This document shows, piece after piece, positions 56,061-64,000 of a stretch of DNA of 64,000 bases. Position numbers and translations under genes: made by a program. The DNA lies in assembly GCA_037445875.1 (NCBI GenBank), contig JBBIJR010000001.1:4429-68428 (forward strand), read 5' to 3'. Every line of letters starts with the position of its first letter. Positions within the stretch are counted from its first letter, which is position 1. Origin of the DNA: Bacteroidota bacterium. GTDB taxonomy: Bacteria; CLD3; SB21. The notes beneath the pieces are model-generated. The model saw only the letters and a list, made by a program, of their open reading frames with translations, was not told the origin of the DNA and searched no databases.

Positions 56061-57945
56061 GTGCGCACGTCCGTGAAGGCTATCCGACCGGTCTGGATTT
56101 GGGCGATTGCGCTCCCGACGGTGGTCTGGATCGGACAGGATCTTCAGAGTCAAGTCCGATACGCGACTTCAGTTACTAGCTTCAGTTCCGAGTACAACGC
56201 TTCGCCCGGTAACTGGTCCGCTTACCAGACAGTCGGCGCGCCCAACACATACCCGTCCTATGGCGACCTCAGTACGGCCTGGGCCAGCCTGACCGCCGAC
56301 GGTCAGCGGGAGTTCCTCGAGTTGAGCTACGCCTTCCCTCCGCCTTCCCCGATCACAACCATTCGAATCTACGAGACCTTCAATCCGGGTGCGGTGGATA
56401 CCGTCTACGTGAAGAACCCGGGGACCGGACAGTGGGTGAAAGTGTGGGAAGGTACGGCCAGTCCGGCCCCCGCAGCGGCCAGGATCTTCACCGTGAATTT
56501 TCCGGTAACTGCTTTCAACGTGGGGCAGATCCGCATTGCTCTGAATTCTCCGGCCGTTGCCGGCTGGAACGAAATCGATGCCGTCGGAATCTCGAACGAT
56601 ACCGATCCCACGAAATATCACGGAGGCGCGTACGATGGACACGACGATATCATTGCATCTTTTTCCAACCTGGACGGCGTTTCCCCTGCATCGGCAAAAT
56701 TCCTGGGGGGGGTCGTTCGACGGCTTCTCGGAGGTATCGTCGGCGTTTGGCGCACTCGACGGGACAGCCCCGTCCGCCGCGAAGTTCATCGGTGGATCCT
56801 ATGACGGACAGGACGAGGAAGTGGGCGCTTTTGCGTCGCTGGACGGTATTCCGCCCAACATCGTCAAATTCCGCGGTGGTTCCCATGACGGCCATGCGCT
56901 GCTCTCCGGCAGTCTGTCGGGCTTCAATGGCGGCACTCCTTCCGCTTCCAAATTCCACGGCGGCTCCTACGATGGCCATTCTCAGATCGCCTCTCGCGGG
57001 CTGGGATTCAACGGCGACACGGCAAGTCTGGCCAAGTTCTACGGAGGACCTCATGACGGCTTCGCCCATCTGGCTTCTGCGTTCGGAAATCTGATGGGTG
57101 TGTCGCCGACCCTGTCGAAGTACGTGGGTGGCTACGATGACGGATACACATTGTCTACTTCCGGACTGACGTACTTTGCAGGACCACCCGATCCGTCCAA
57201 GTACCTCGGCGGCATCGATGACGGCTACGCGCAGTTGGTCGGCCCGTTCTCCAATTTCGCCGGCCTGTCACCCTCGATAACCAAGTACGCGGGTGGTCCG
57301 GGGGACGGCTACGGGTTCGAATTCTCCGAAATCGACATTTCGCTGCCGGTGGAACTGGCGTCCTTTCAAGTAGCGGTCATACCCGGGCGCGGCGTCGTGA
57401 GACTCCAATGGCGCACGGAATCGGAAATCGACAACGCATACTGGTTGGTCATGCGGCGAACGGCTTCGGACTCTCTCCGCACCGTCACCCAACTTCGCGG
57501 CATGGGCACGAAAGCGTCGTCAACCGAATACGAGTGGACGGACCGTGAACTGGAACTCGACACACTGTATTACTACCGCCTGGCTGATGTTTCGTATAAC
57601 GGCTCGATCACGCACCATGACGAACTGGCCGTACGTGTGGACGCTCCGGACGAGGTAGAGCTGTTCGGCAACTTCCCCAATCCATTCAATCCCGAAACGT
57701 CCATCCGGTTTGCCCTTCCGCGGAAAGCCGAAGTCTATCTCGTTGTTTACAATTCTCTGGGCCAGCAGGTGAAGGTCCTCTCGAGTCGGAGCTTCTCCGC
57801 AGGGTTCCATACCCTTCGCTGGGACGGCACCAACGAGTCCGGCCGATTCGTGTCGAGCGGTGTGTACCTCTATCGCTTGCTGATCCGATTGTCCGATCCC
57901 CCACAGCGCCGGATCCGCACCGGCCGTATGATGCTCGTACGTTGA
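56061..57945 (+). CDS. T9SS-sorted surface protein with an N-terminal discoidin-like domain and ~9 tandem 28-aa K(F/Y)xGGxxDG repeats, interrupted by a +1 frameshift at a poly-G tract
   Basis: ORFs 56061..56804 and 56557..57945 carry the same repeat family in two frames (KYHGGAYDGHDD..., KFIGGSYDGQDE..., KFRGGSHDGHAL..., KFHGGSYDGHSQ...). The frames meet exactly at the G8 run 56705-56712; 7 or 10 G would restore one ORF. C-terminal Por secretion tail (GNFPNPFNPETSIRFAL...VVYNSLGQQVKVL...GVYLYRL). Confidence 0.65.
56705..56712 (+). repeat. Homopolymeric G8 tract inside a coding repeat
   Basis: Read directly as ttcctgggggggg tcg. It encodes the Gly-Gly of a repeat unit and is the site of the frame change. 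Confidence 0.9.
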
Positions 57946-57948
57946 AAT

Positions 57949-57988
57949 GTCAAGAATTATCTCTTGTTTTCTTGATTGTATTCTTGAC
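57949..57988. promoter_or_regulatory. Inverted repeat gtcaagaat-N22-attcttgac overlapping a TTGACA hexamer upstream of the RHH antitoxin gene
   Basis: Perfect 9-bp arms at 57949-57957 and 57980-57988. TTGACA at 57984-57989, ~50 nt upstream of the antitoxin ATG (58039). Confidence 0.35.
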
Positions 57989-58038
57989 AAGGCTACGTTC
58001 TTTTCTTACCTTTCCCAAGAGTCAAACGCGGCCGCTGC

Positions 58039-58300
58039 CATGCCACGACGCACCTACAAGAAGATCAAGATCGGAACTATGCTGGGGAAAAAGGCCCTGG
58101 AAAAACTTAAGGAACAGGCTGTCCGCGAAGGCCGCTCCATGAGTGCCGTGCTTGAGACCGCGATTCTAAGTTACGAGTCGACGGAGCAGACAGCCAGGGT
58201 ATTGAGCCGACAGGCCCTGGAGCGGTTTCTCGATCTTCGCTTCAACCTCTCCCTCGCAGATTGGAAGACGATCCTCGAGGAAGATTTCTACGAGCAATGA
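58039..58300 (+). CDS. Ribbon-helix-helix (CopG/VapB-like) antitoxin
   Basis: MPRRTYKKIKIGTMLGKKALEKLKEQAVREGRSMSAVLETAI is a typical RHH beta-strand plus two helices. The stop TGA overlaps the toxin ATG (ATGA at 58297-58300). Confidence 0.6.
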
Positions 58301-58797
58301 TGCTGGATGACATTCGAGACGGCCAGCTCGTCTTGATTGACGCCAACATCGTGCTTTATGCGATAAGCCGGGCATCCGGTCAGTGCGCCGCTTTCTTGCG
58401 CCGAGTAGCCAATCGTGACGTTGTGGGGACCATACCCGTTATCCAGTGGGCTGAAATCATGCATCGTTTGATGATTGCAGAGGCCAGAGATCATGCCTGG
58501 ATATCGGGCACAAACCCGGCCAGCCAACTATCCAGCCAGCCCCATCGCATTCGAGCGCTCAGAAGATATGCTGAGGCTGTAAGAGACCTGATGGCGTCTG
58601 GAATACAGGTGGAGCCCGTCGAGAGGGATGACCTCTTGTCTGCCCTGCACCTTCAGAAGCAGTGGGGTCTTATGACGAACGACGCGCTCCTCGTGGCCGT
58701 GGCTGAACGCATGCGGGTCGTTGCAGTGGCCAGCGCCGATCGCCGACTGGCTGACATTGATTTTCTACGAGTGTACGCCCCGAGCGACTTGGCCTAA
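58297..58797 (+). CDS. vapC: PIN-domain ribonuclease toxin (VapC-like)
   Basis: LIDANIVLYA (first acidic residue), ...MTNDALLVAVAERM... and ADRRLADI (PIN acidic residues). 4-nt start/stop overlap with the antitoxin. Confidence 0.75.
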   Translation: MMLDDIRDGQLVLIDANIVLYAISRASGQCAAFLRRVANRDVVGTIPVIQWAEIMHRLMIAEARDHAWISGTNPASQLSSQPHRIRALRRYAEAVRDLMASGIQVEPVERDDLLSALHLQKQWGLMTNDALLVAVAERMRVVAVASADRRLADIDFLRVYAPSDLA

Positions 58798-58871
58798 AGC
58801 CTGCGGACTGCTTGCTCCTGTGGTCAATCGGCCGTACATTCTGCAAAACGGCCTGCCATTCGGAGACCACC

Positions 58872-59249
58872 ATGATCCGTTCAACTATTCTTGCACTTTC
58901 TCTCGTTGCCAGCTTGCCCCAACCGTACTGGCTGGACGGCACCTGGACCGGAACCGGCTACCAACTCGGTACCCACGGTACCTGGGCCATCCGGCTCACA
59001 TGCACGCCCGCCCGCGGAGAGTATTCCGTGCAATATCCGTCGCTAAGCTGCGGCGGTTACTTGCAGCCGGTTTCTGTGGAGGAGAACCGTGTGGAGTTCA
59101 TCGAGTATATCACGTACGGTACAGAGTCCTGCATCCAGGGCGGCACACTCGTGATCACGCGCGTCGACCAGCGGCACATCACGTACTCGTACTTCATGCC
59201 CGGCACCAACCAGGTCGAGGCGTTTTCGACGCTCACTCGGGAACCGTAA
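58872..59249 (+). CDS. Hypothetical small secreted protein
   Basis: Signal peptide MIRSTILALSLVASLP; ~125 aa with no recognisable family. Confidence 0.4.
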   Translation: MIRSTILALSLVASLPQPYWLDGTWTGTGYQLGTHGTWAIRLTCTPARGEYSVQYPSLSCGGYLQPVSVEENRVEFIEYITYGTESCIQGGTLVITRVDQRHITYSYFMPGTNQVEAFSTLTREP

Positions 59250-59261
59250 CGGCCGGATTCG

Positions 59262-60044
59262 GTGCCCGTCGCCATCACGCGTGAAGTTCCCTCGAGCCTG
59301 GATCGCTGCGAGCTCACGCACATCAAACGCCGACCGATCGATGTTGTTCGCGCCCGCGAACAACATGCCGCGTATGAGCAGGCGCTGACCGATCTCGGCT
59401 GCAGGATCGTGAAGCTCCCCGAAGACGCCGGCATGCCGGATTCCGTCTTTGTGGAGGACACGGCGGTGGTGGTTGACGAATGCGCCATCGTCGCGCGGCC
59501 CGGTGCACCGTCAAGAAGCCGGGAAACGGCTGACGTTGCCACGGTCCTGAGACCTTTCAGGTCTGTGCACTCCATCGTCGAACCCGCGACACTGGACGGC
59601 GGCGATGTCCTGCGCATCGGCCGCAAGGTCTTCATTGGAGCGAGCCGTCGAACCAATCGCGACGGTGTCGCCCAGCTTCGCGCGATTCTGGAGCCGCGGG
59701 ATTACCGCGTCATCGTTTGCACCGTGCGGGGGTGCCTTCATCTCAAGTCCGCGGTAACGCAGGTTGGGCCCTCCACCGTGTTGATCAACCGGAACTGGAC
59801 CGACGTTGCCGCATTCCGTGAATACGAGATCATCGACGTGGATCCCGACGAACCCCATGCGGCCAACGCCTTGTGGGTCCATGCAACGGTGGTCCATCCC
59901 GCGGCGTTCCCCCGAACCCGTGAACGACTGGAACGGGCCGGAGTTTTGGTACGTCCTGTCAATCTGTCCGAACTGGCCAAGGCAGAAGCCGGCGTCACTT
60001 GTTGCAGTTTGATCGTTCATGAGCCCAAACCGGGAGAGAAGTAG
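59262..60044 (+). CDS. Dimethylarginine dimethylaminohydrolase (DDAH) / amidinotransferase-superfamily enzyme
   Basis: DDAH-like pattern: REVPSSLDRCELTHIKR, DSVFVEDTAVV, LDGGDVL, and C-terminal catalytic Cys (GVTCCSLIVHE). Confidence 0.75.
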   Translation: MPVAITREVPSSLDRCELTHIKRRPIDVVRAREQHAAYEQALTDLGCRIVKLPEDAGMPDSVFVEDTAVVVDECAIVARPGAPSRSRETADVATVLRPFRSVHSIVEPATLDGGDVLRIGRKVFIGASRRTNRDGVAQLRAILEPRDYRVIVCTVRGCLHLKSAVTQVGPSTVLINRNWTDVAAFREYEIIDVDPDEPHAANALWVHATVVHPAAFPRTRERLERAGVLVRPVNLSELAKAEAGVTCCSLIVHEPKPGEK

Positions 60045-60205
60045 CCAGCGGCGATGTCGAGTCTCGCGACGACCTGCTCGTTCCGATCAACGGCTGGATC
60101 GTCATCCAGAGGAATCGCGAAAGTCCACAATTACCCGCCCGAACGCGTGTGGATCTATGAAGGAAATCGTTGTCCGCTGCCCTGTTCAAAATTCACGGAG
60201 GAGGT

Positions 60206-61257
60206 ATGGGGAAAGCGATCGCCCTACTATTTCTGCTGACGGCGTCCGCCGTTGCACAGTATGACGGATCCTATTCCGAGGTCTTCTTCGGCCGCCAGCC
60301 GAGTGCCCGCGTCGAAGCGATGGGCCGGGGTTCAGTCGCTTTGTTCGCCGACGGTTTCTCATCCTTCTACAATCCGGCTCTGCTCTCCGAAGTCGGGAAG
60401 GCGACTGTGAGCCTGAGCGACGCCCGGCCCTATTACCTGCTCGACAAGGCCCTATACGTTCGTTGGGGGATCCTGGCGCGTTCGACCGCGTGTGGTTCTG
60501 GGAACAAGTCTTTTTCACTTCGACGCCGGCCCCTCACGCGACATACTCGATTCGACCGGTAACGTAATCGGAATCGCTGACCCCTGGAACACCACAGTGA
60601 CCCTGTCCGCAACGACAACGCTTTCGAAGAATCTTTCCATGGGTGTTTCCCTGAATCGGCTGACCGATCACGTGAGAGATGGCTCGGACGCTCTCTCCTC
60701 CGCTGAGGCAAACGCCTACACTATGGACATTGGTCTGCTGTTTGGTCGTACATTCGGCGACCATATCGTGCGGGTGGGGCTCGCCTGCCTTAACGTTTTC
60801 TCGGAGCGATTTGACTATGGGTCGTGGACAGCCGACTGGGATATGCCGCGGCCGCTCCGCGTCGGCATCAGTCTGGAACGACTATCGATTCCACGGCGAA
60901 CTCCGCACACTGAGCACGACGGTCCACGTACAGTACGAGGATGTGACCAACTACCGGTACTTCACATCGTGGGGCGGTGGTGTAGAAGCAAACATCATGG
61001 AAGTGGTAGCGCTTCGATACGGATACTATCGATTCACCGTGGACGATCTTGGAAGCCGCACAAACAAGAACCAGATGGGAAAGAACACGTTTGGAGTAGG
61101 GGTCTGCGTCCCACTCAATCGTTTCTCATCTGTTCCCTTGAGTGTTGGTTTCGATGCAGTCGCCATGCAACAGCCCAGCGCAGCGACGACATTCGACGAC
61201 TGGGACAATTTCAAGGTCTACAGCGTGACGCTGCGCTGGATCGCCGGGAGTCATTGA
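60206..61257 (+). pseudogene. PorV/FadL-like outer-membrane beta-barrel gene disrupted by two frameshifts
   Basis: N-terminal signal peptide and the family motif ARVEAMGRGSVALFADGFSSFYNPALL in frame 2 (60170..60562). The middle beta-strands are in frame 0 (60492 up to ~60890). The C-terminal third is in frame 1 (60679..61257, ...YSVTLRWIAGSH). Junctions lie near 60470-60500 and 60870-60900. Confidence 0.5.
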
Positions 61258-61392
61258 GACCATCTTCCACGTCGAACCCGGCGTCATGCGGTGGAAGTTT
61301 GCGAAGAGGGCGCGTCTCCGCATACGTCGCGGCCGCGGCCAGCAAGAGCCGCGGTTACTTCTTTTCCGTCGACGAACTCGCGGGCGGAGCAC

Positions 61393-61827
61393 CTACCCGT
61401 TCTCGTCCATCCATCCTTTCTTCAGATCCGCTTCCGGCACGCTGGACAGGTACGGCTTGATATCAAGGACCGGCGTGCCGTCGAGCATGTCGACCCCTTG
61501 CACGTGAAGCATGCGGCCTTCACGCCTCAGAATCCGCACAACCGTGAGACCAATTGGATTAGGTCTGCGGGGAGAACGCGTGGAAAAGACTCCGTGCGGA
61601 CGCGACGCCGTTGGCGGCTTGCTCATCAAGTCGTACCCTTCCGACCGGTCGAACACCCAGATCACGAACACGTGCGAGAATCCTTCGATATCCGTTAGTC
61701 CTTCCTCGTACTCGGGCAGCAGTTCAAGCCTCCCTTCCGCTTCGTGTTTCGCTCCCGGCCCTTTGGGAATTTGCGCCGTGTCCGAGTAAGGGCTTCGTAC
61801 GTATCCGATCGATTTCATTGACAGCAT
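61393..61827 (-). CDS. tsaA: tRNA (N6-threonylcarbamoyladenosine37) methyltransferase TsaA/TrmO (YaeB family)
   Basis: IGYVRSPYSDTAQIPKG...GFSHVFVIWVFDRS...RSPRRPNPIGLTVVRIL...LDGTPVLDIKPY, diagnostic of the YaeB/TrmO family. Confidence 0.75.
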   Translation of the reverse strand: MLSMKSIGYVRSPYSDTAQIPKGPGAKHEAEGRLELLPEYEEGLTDIEGFSHVFVIWVFDRSEGYDLMSKPPTASRPHGVFSTRSPRRPNPIGLTVVRILRREGRMLHVQGVDMLDGTPVLDIKPYLSSVPEADLKKGWMDENG

Positions 61828-62455
61828 GCGGTTCTCCTGCGTTGCGGATGCGGGCCGATGGTACATCCTCGGAGGGTGCCGATGTGCGCCACTTCTTCAA
61901 TAGTATAGACAGGCTTCGCCTGATCTCGACGGTGGACTCGATGCGGAGTCCGGCGTCCTGCGCGAGGGCGAGTGAATGCTCGAAATCCCGTTTCGACACA
62001 TGTCCTTTCGGCTCCGAGAACAGAAGGAGCGCGCCGGGTTTCATCGCACGATGGATCTCGGCAAAAAGACGGCCTCGATCGGGAACTTCGTGAACCATGG
62101 CAAACGCCAGACCGAAATCGATCTTGCCGTCATACTCCCGGATGTGAAGGGATTGCTCCGACGCTTTGATCGTCACGATGCGATCGAGCACGCCAGCTTT
62201 TTGGGCGCGCTGCCTGAGTTTTTGCAGCATCTTCTCCTGGATGTCCACGCAGATCACTTTTCCGTTCGGCCCGACCCGCCGTGCGAGCGTAAGCGTGAAA
62301 TAGCCCATTCCCGGACCGACCTCGAGTACCGCCATGCCCTCGCGCACGTAAGGACCAAGAACTTGCTCCGGAGGGTGGCTGAATTTCCTGAACGGGATGA
62401 GCAGAAGGTATCCCACCCACCAGGGACAGACGTGCGGTGTGCGTTCCTTCTTCAT
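61724..62455 (-). CDS. Class I SAM-dependent methyltransferase
   Basis: VLEVGPGMGYFTLTLA (motif I) with downstream motif II/III pattern. The 3' end overlaps the tsaA start by ~100 nt, so the true stop or start is uncertain. Confidence 0.65.
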   Translation of the reverse strand: MKKERTPHVCPWWVGYLLLIPFRKFSHPPEQVLGPYVREGMAVLEVGPGMGYFTLTLARRVGPNGKVICVDIQEKMLQKLRQRAQKAGVLDRIVTIKASEQSLHIREYDGKIDFGLAFAMVHEVPDRGRLFAEIHRAMKPGALLLFSEPKGHVSKRDFEHSLALAQDAGLRIESTVEIRRSLSILLKKWRTSAPSEDVPSARIRNAGEPHAVNEIDRIRTKPLLGHGANSQRAGSETRSGREA

Positions 62456-62483
62456 GGTTGAATGCCGTTTCGATGCGTCCTGT

Positions 62484-62903
62484 CTACTCGTCCTGATCGA
62501 TGAACCATGCTTCGAGCCCGGGAGGTCGCGTCTCGTCTTCAGGGGAATAAATGTAGCCGGACAGGCGGCCGTAGTTGTCCAGATCGCCTGCGATCAGAAA
62601 TGTTCCCTCGAGCGCTCGTCCGCCGTCGATGAACCGGATTCGCAACACCTTGATCCGGTCCGACGTCACCGGCACGATCCTCCCGGTTCCCTGTACCGTC
62701 ACGCCTCCCACGGTACGTTCAATGTCGAGGAGGCTGTCGCCCATGGATACCACGACGGTCCCGGTATAAGTGGCGATGGAATCGGGATACCGGCCGATCA
62801 TCTGGTATCGCCCAACAAGAAAACCGTAAAGGTCTTCATCCTGCGCCGTCAAGGAAAACGGTACGGCCAGAACTGCGATCATCATGAATAGCGAAGTCTT
62901 CAT
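62484..62903 (-). CDS. Hypothetical secreted protein
   Basis: Signal peptide MKTSLFMMIAVLAVPFSLTAQ; 139 aa with no family recognised. Confidence 0.4.
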   Translation of the reverse strand: MKTSLFMMIAVLAVPFSLTAQDEDLYGFLVGRYQMIGRYPDSIATYTGTVVVSMGDSLLDIERTVGGVTVQGTGRIVPVTSDRIKVLRIRFIDGGRALEGTFLIAGDLDNYGRLSGYIYSPEDETRPPGLEAWFIDQDE

Positions 62904-63083
62904 GCGATTCCTCGTTGACGATTACATAAACGTAAGTAAAGTGAGTGAAGTTATCAAGGCAGGAGGGAGCTAATTTGTTTGTTGAGCGCGAAGTCTGTAC
63001 ATTGTCTCGGCGGTTCTTTTGGCGAATCCGGCCCAGTCGCCCATGATAGGGGACGAAAAGATCACTACATTGAGGAGTAACCT

Positions 63084-63569
63084 ATGGAAGAAGACGCTGA
63101 GGATCCAGAATACAACCGTAGCGAGACAATCAATGGATTGCTCCAAACGGTGTGGCTCATCAATATGCTTCCTCTGGGCATTGCCATGTTCTTTTTCAGC
63201 AGTATCGCGTTCGCAGTGACCTTCCCGTTGAGCATTGTCGTGTGGATCGCTTTCGGCAAAAGGCCCATTCATCGGACGCCGCCTGCCAATTTCTTTTTCC
63301 TTCTATTCTGGGGGGCCTACATGAATGTCCCCCTGCACTCGGAGATGAAGTTCACTCGCATCGTCTTTTATTTGATGAGCGATTTTCGAATGGTTGTGGA
63401 CAACCCCTACAGAGATCTTTTTCGCCTGCTCGTCCGGGGCAGGGCGCATCCCGCGGCAGGATTTGCATATCCTCCGCTCGCACGACTGGCGGGACTTGCC
63501 ATGTACGCGCTCTCCGTCATGCCCTTCATTTCATTGGGCTGGGGGATTTACGGTGCGACGGCTGGCTGA
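63084..63569 (+). CDS. Hypothetical integral membrane protein
   Basis: Four predicted TM helices (LINMLPLGIAMFFFSSIAFAV, PLSIVVWIAFG, NFFFLLFWGAYM, LAGLAMYALSVMPFISLGW). Confidence 0.4.
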   Translation: MEEDAEDPEYNRSETINGLLQTVWLINMLPLGIAMFFFSSIAFAVTFPLSIVVWIAFGKRPIHRTPPANFFFLLFWGAYMNVPLHSEMKFTRIVFYLMSDFRMVVDNPYRDLFRLLVRGRAHPAAGFAYPPLARLAGLAMYALSVMPFISLGWGIYGATAG

Positions 63570-63702
63570 ACCGGTCTTCAAGCAACAACGGCGGTGTCAA
63601 GCATCTCTCAGTCTACAATGGCCATCCACCAAGGACGGCGTTGCTTTTCCTTCGATCTTGTGTCGGAGGTTCTCTCGCTCCGATGCGCCGGTTTCTTTTC
63701 TT

Positions 63703-63998
63703 CTATGGGTTGGTCGGGCGGATATCGATTTCGCTGATCATCGTACGCTGAGGCATTTTGAGAGCCGACACGACCGCCGCCGCAACGTCCTCGGGTTTGA
63801 TCATGTTTTTCTTCCCGACATGCGGCGAGAACCCGGTATCCACGGAACCGGGGCATACGGACAACACGCGGACGCCGTTTTTTCGTTCTTCCAGCATCAG
63901 GCACTGGCTGAACGCCCGTAAGGCCCACTTCGTAGCCGCATAACCGCTGCCATCCACGAAGGCGTTCTTGCCCGCGAGCGAGGCGATGTTGACGACGA
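63703..63998 (-). CDS. SDR-family oxidoreductase, C-terminal part (N-terminus beyond the window end)
   Basis: YAATKWAL (YxxxK catalytic motif) followed by PGSVDT. The reading frame stays open upstream to the window edge. Confidence 0.6.
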   Translation of the reverse strand, partial: VVNIASLAGKNAFVDGSGYAATKWALRAFSQCLMLEERKNGVRVLSVCPGSVDTGFSPHVGKKNMIKPEDVAAAVVSALKMPQRTMISEIDIRPTNP

Positions 63999-64000
63999 AG

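Noticed and set aside
1-63998. CRISPR arrays, rRNA genes, and known riboswitches (SAM upstream of cfa, NiCo near the CDF gene)
   Set aside because: No short regularly spaced direct repeats, no rRNA-like conserved stretches and no riboswitch consensus cores (for example the SAM-I GGUGGAGGGA element) were seen by eye. This does not exclude divergent or unfamiliar RNAs.

Overview
This is a high-GC (about 63-66%) bacterial chromosomal segment with dense coding on both strands. I infer a Bacteroidota/Rhodothermota-like organism because several secreted proteins carry type IX secretion (T9SS) C-terminal sorting domains and there are Bacteroidetes-type 'two-component regulator propeller' sensor kinases. 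The window includes the replication origin region: rpoZ, then an AT-rich oriC with DnaA boxes, then dnaA. Housekeeping genes present are gltX, coaBC, metG, holB with a PSP1/RicT-like gene, xseA, class I fbaB, hutU and rluD.

Accessory content:
- A candidate polar-headgroup or compatible-solute operon at 1-3125 on the minus strand: a nucleotidyltransferase, a degenerate nucleotidyltransferase-like domain fused to a CDP-alcohol phosphatidyltransferase, and a family 4 glycosyltransferase.
- An OmpR/HK two-component pair, two SDRs and two tandem PQQ-type sugar dehydrogenase paralogs (one T9SS-exported), and a cyclopropane-fatty-acid-synthase-like methyltransferase.
- A PEGA-domain Ser/Thr kinase and a VapBC-like RHH/PIN toxin-antitoxin pair.
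- A T9SS-sorted pentaheme cytochrome c inside a 3.3 kb segment (about 3.0 kb of unique sequence) bracketed by 153-bp direct repeats of about 97% identity. Each repeat copies the junction 'UbiA-prenyltransferase 3' end / vWA gene 5' end', and a decayed vWA gene relic sits at the first junction.

The 52-61 kb part shows marked gene decay: a truncated propeller sensor, a BNR-repeat protein followed by an FGE-like fragment, a T9SS repeat protein interrupted at an 8-G homopolymer, and a PorV/FadL-like outer membrane gene broken by two frameshifts. A CDF transporter at 14.3-15.2 kb is also frameshifted. I found no CRISPR arrays, rRNA genes, recognisable tRNAs or transposases by eye.

Gene names and families are inferred from motifs recognised in the translations; no database searches were run.
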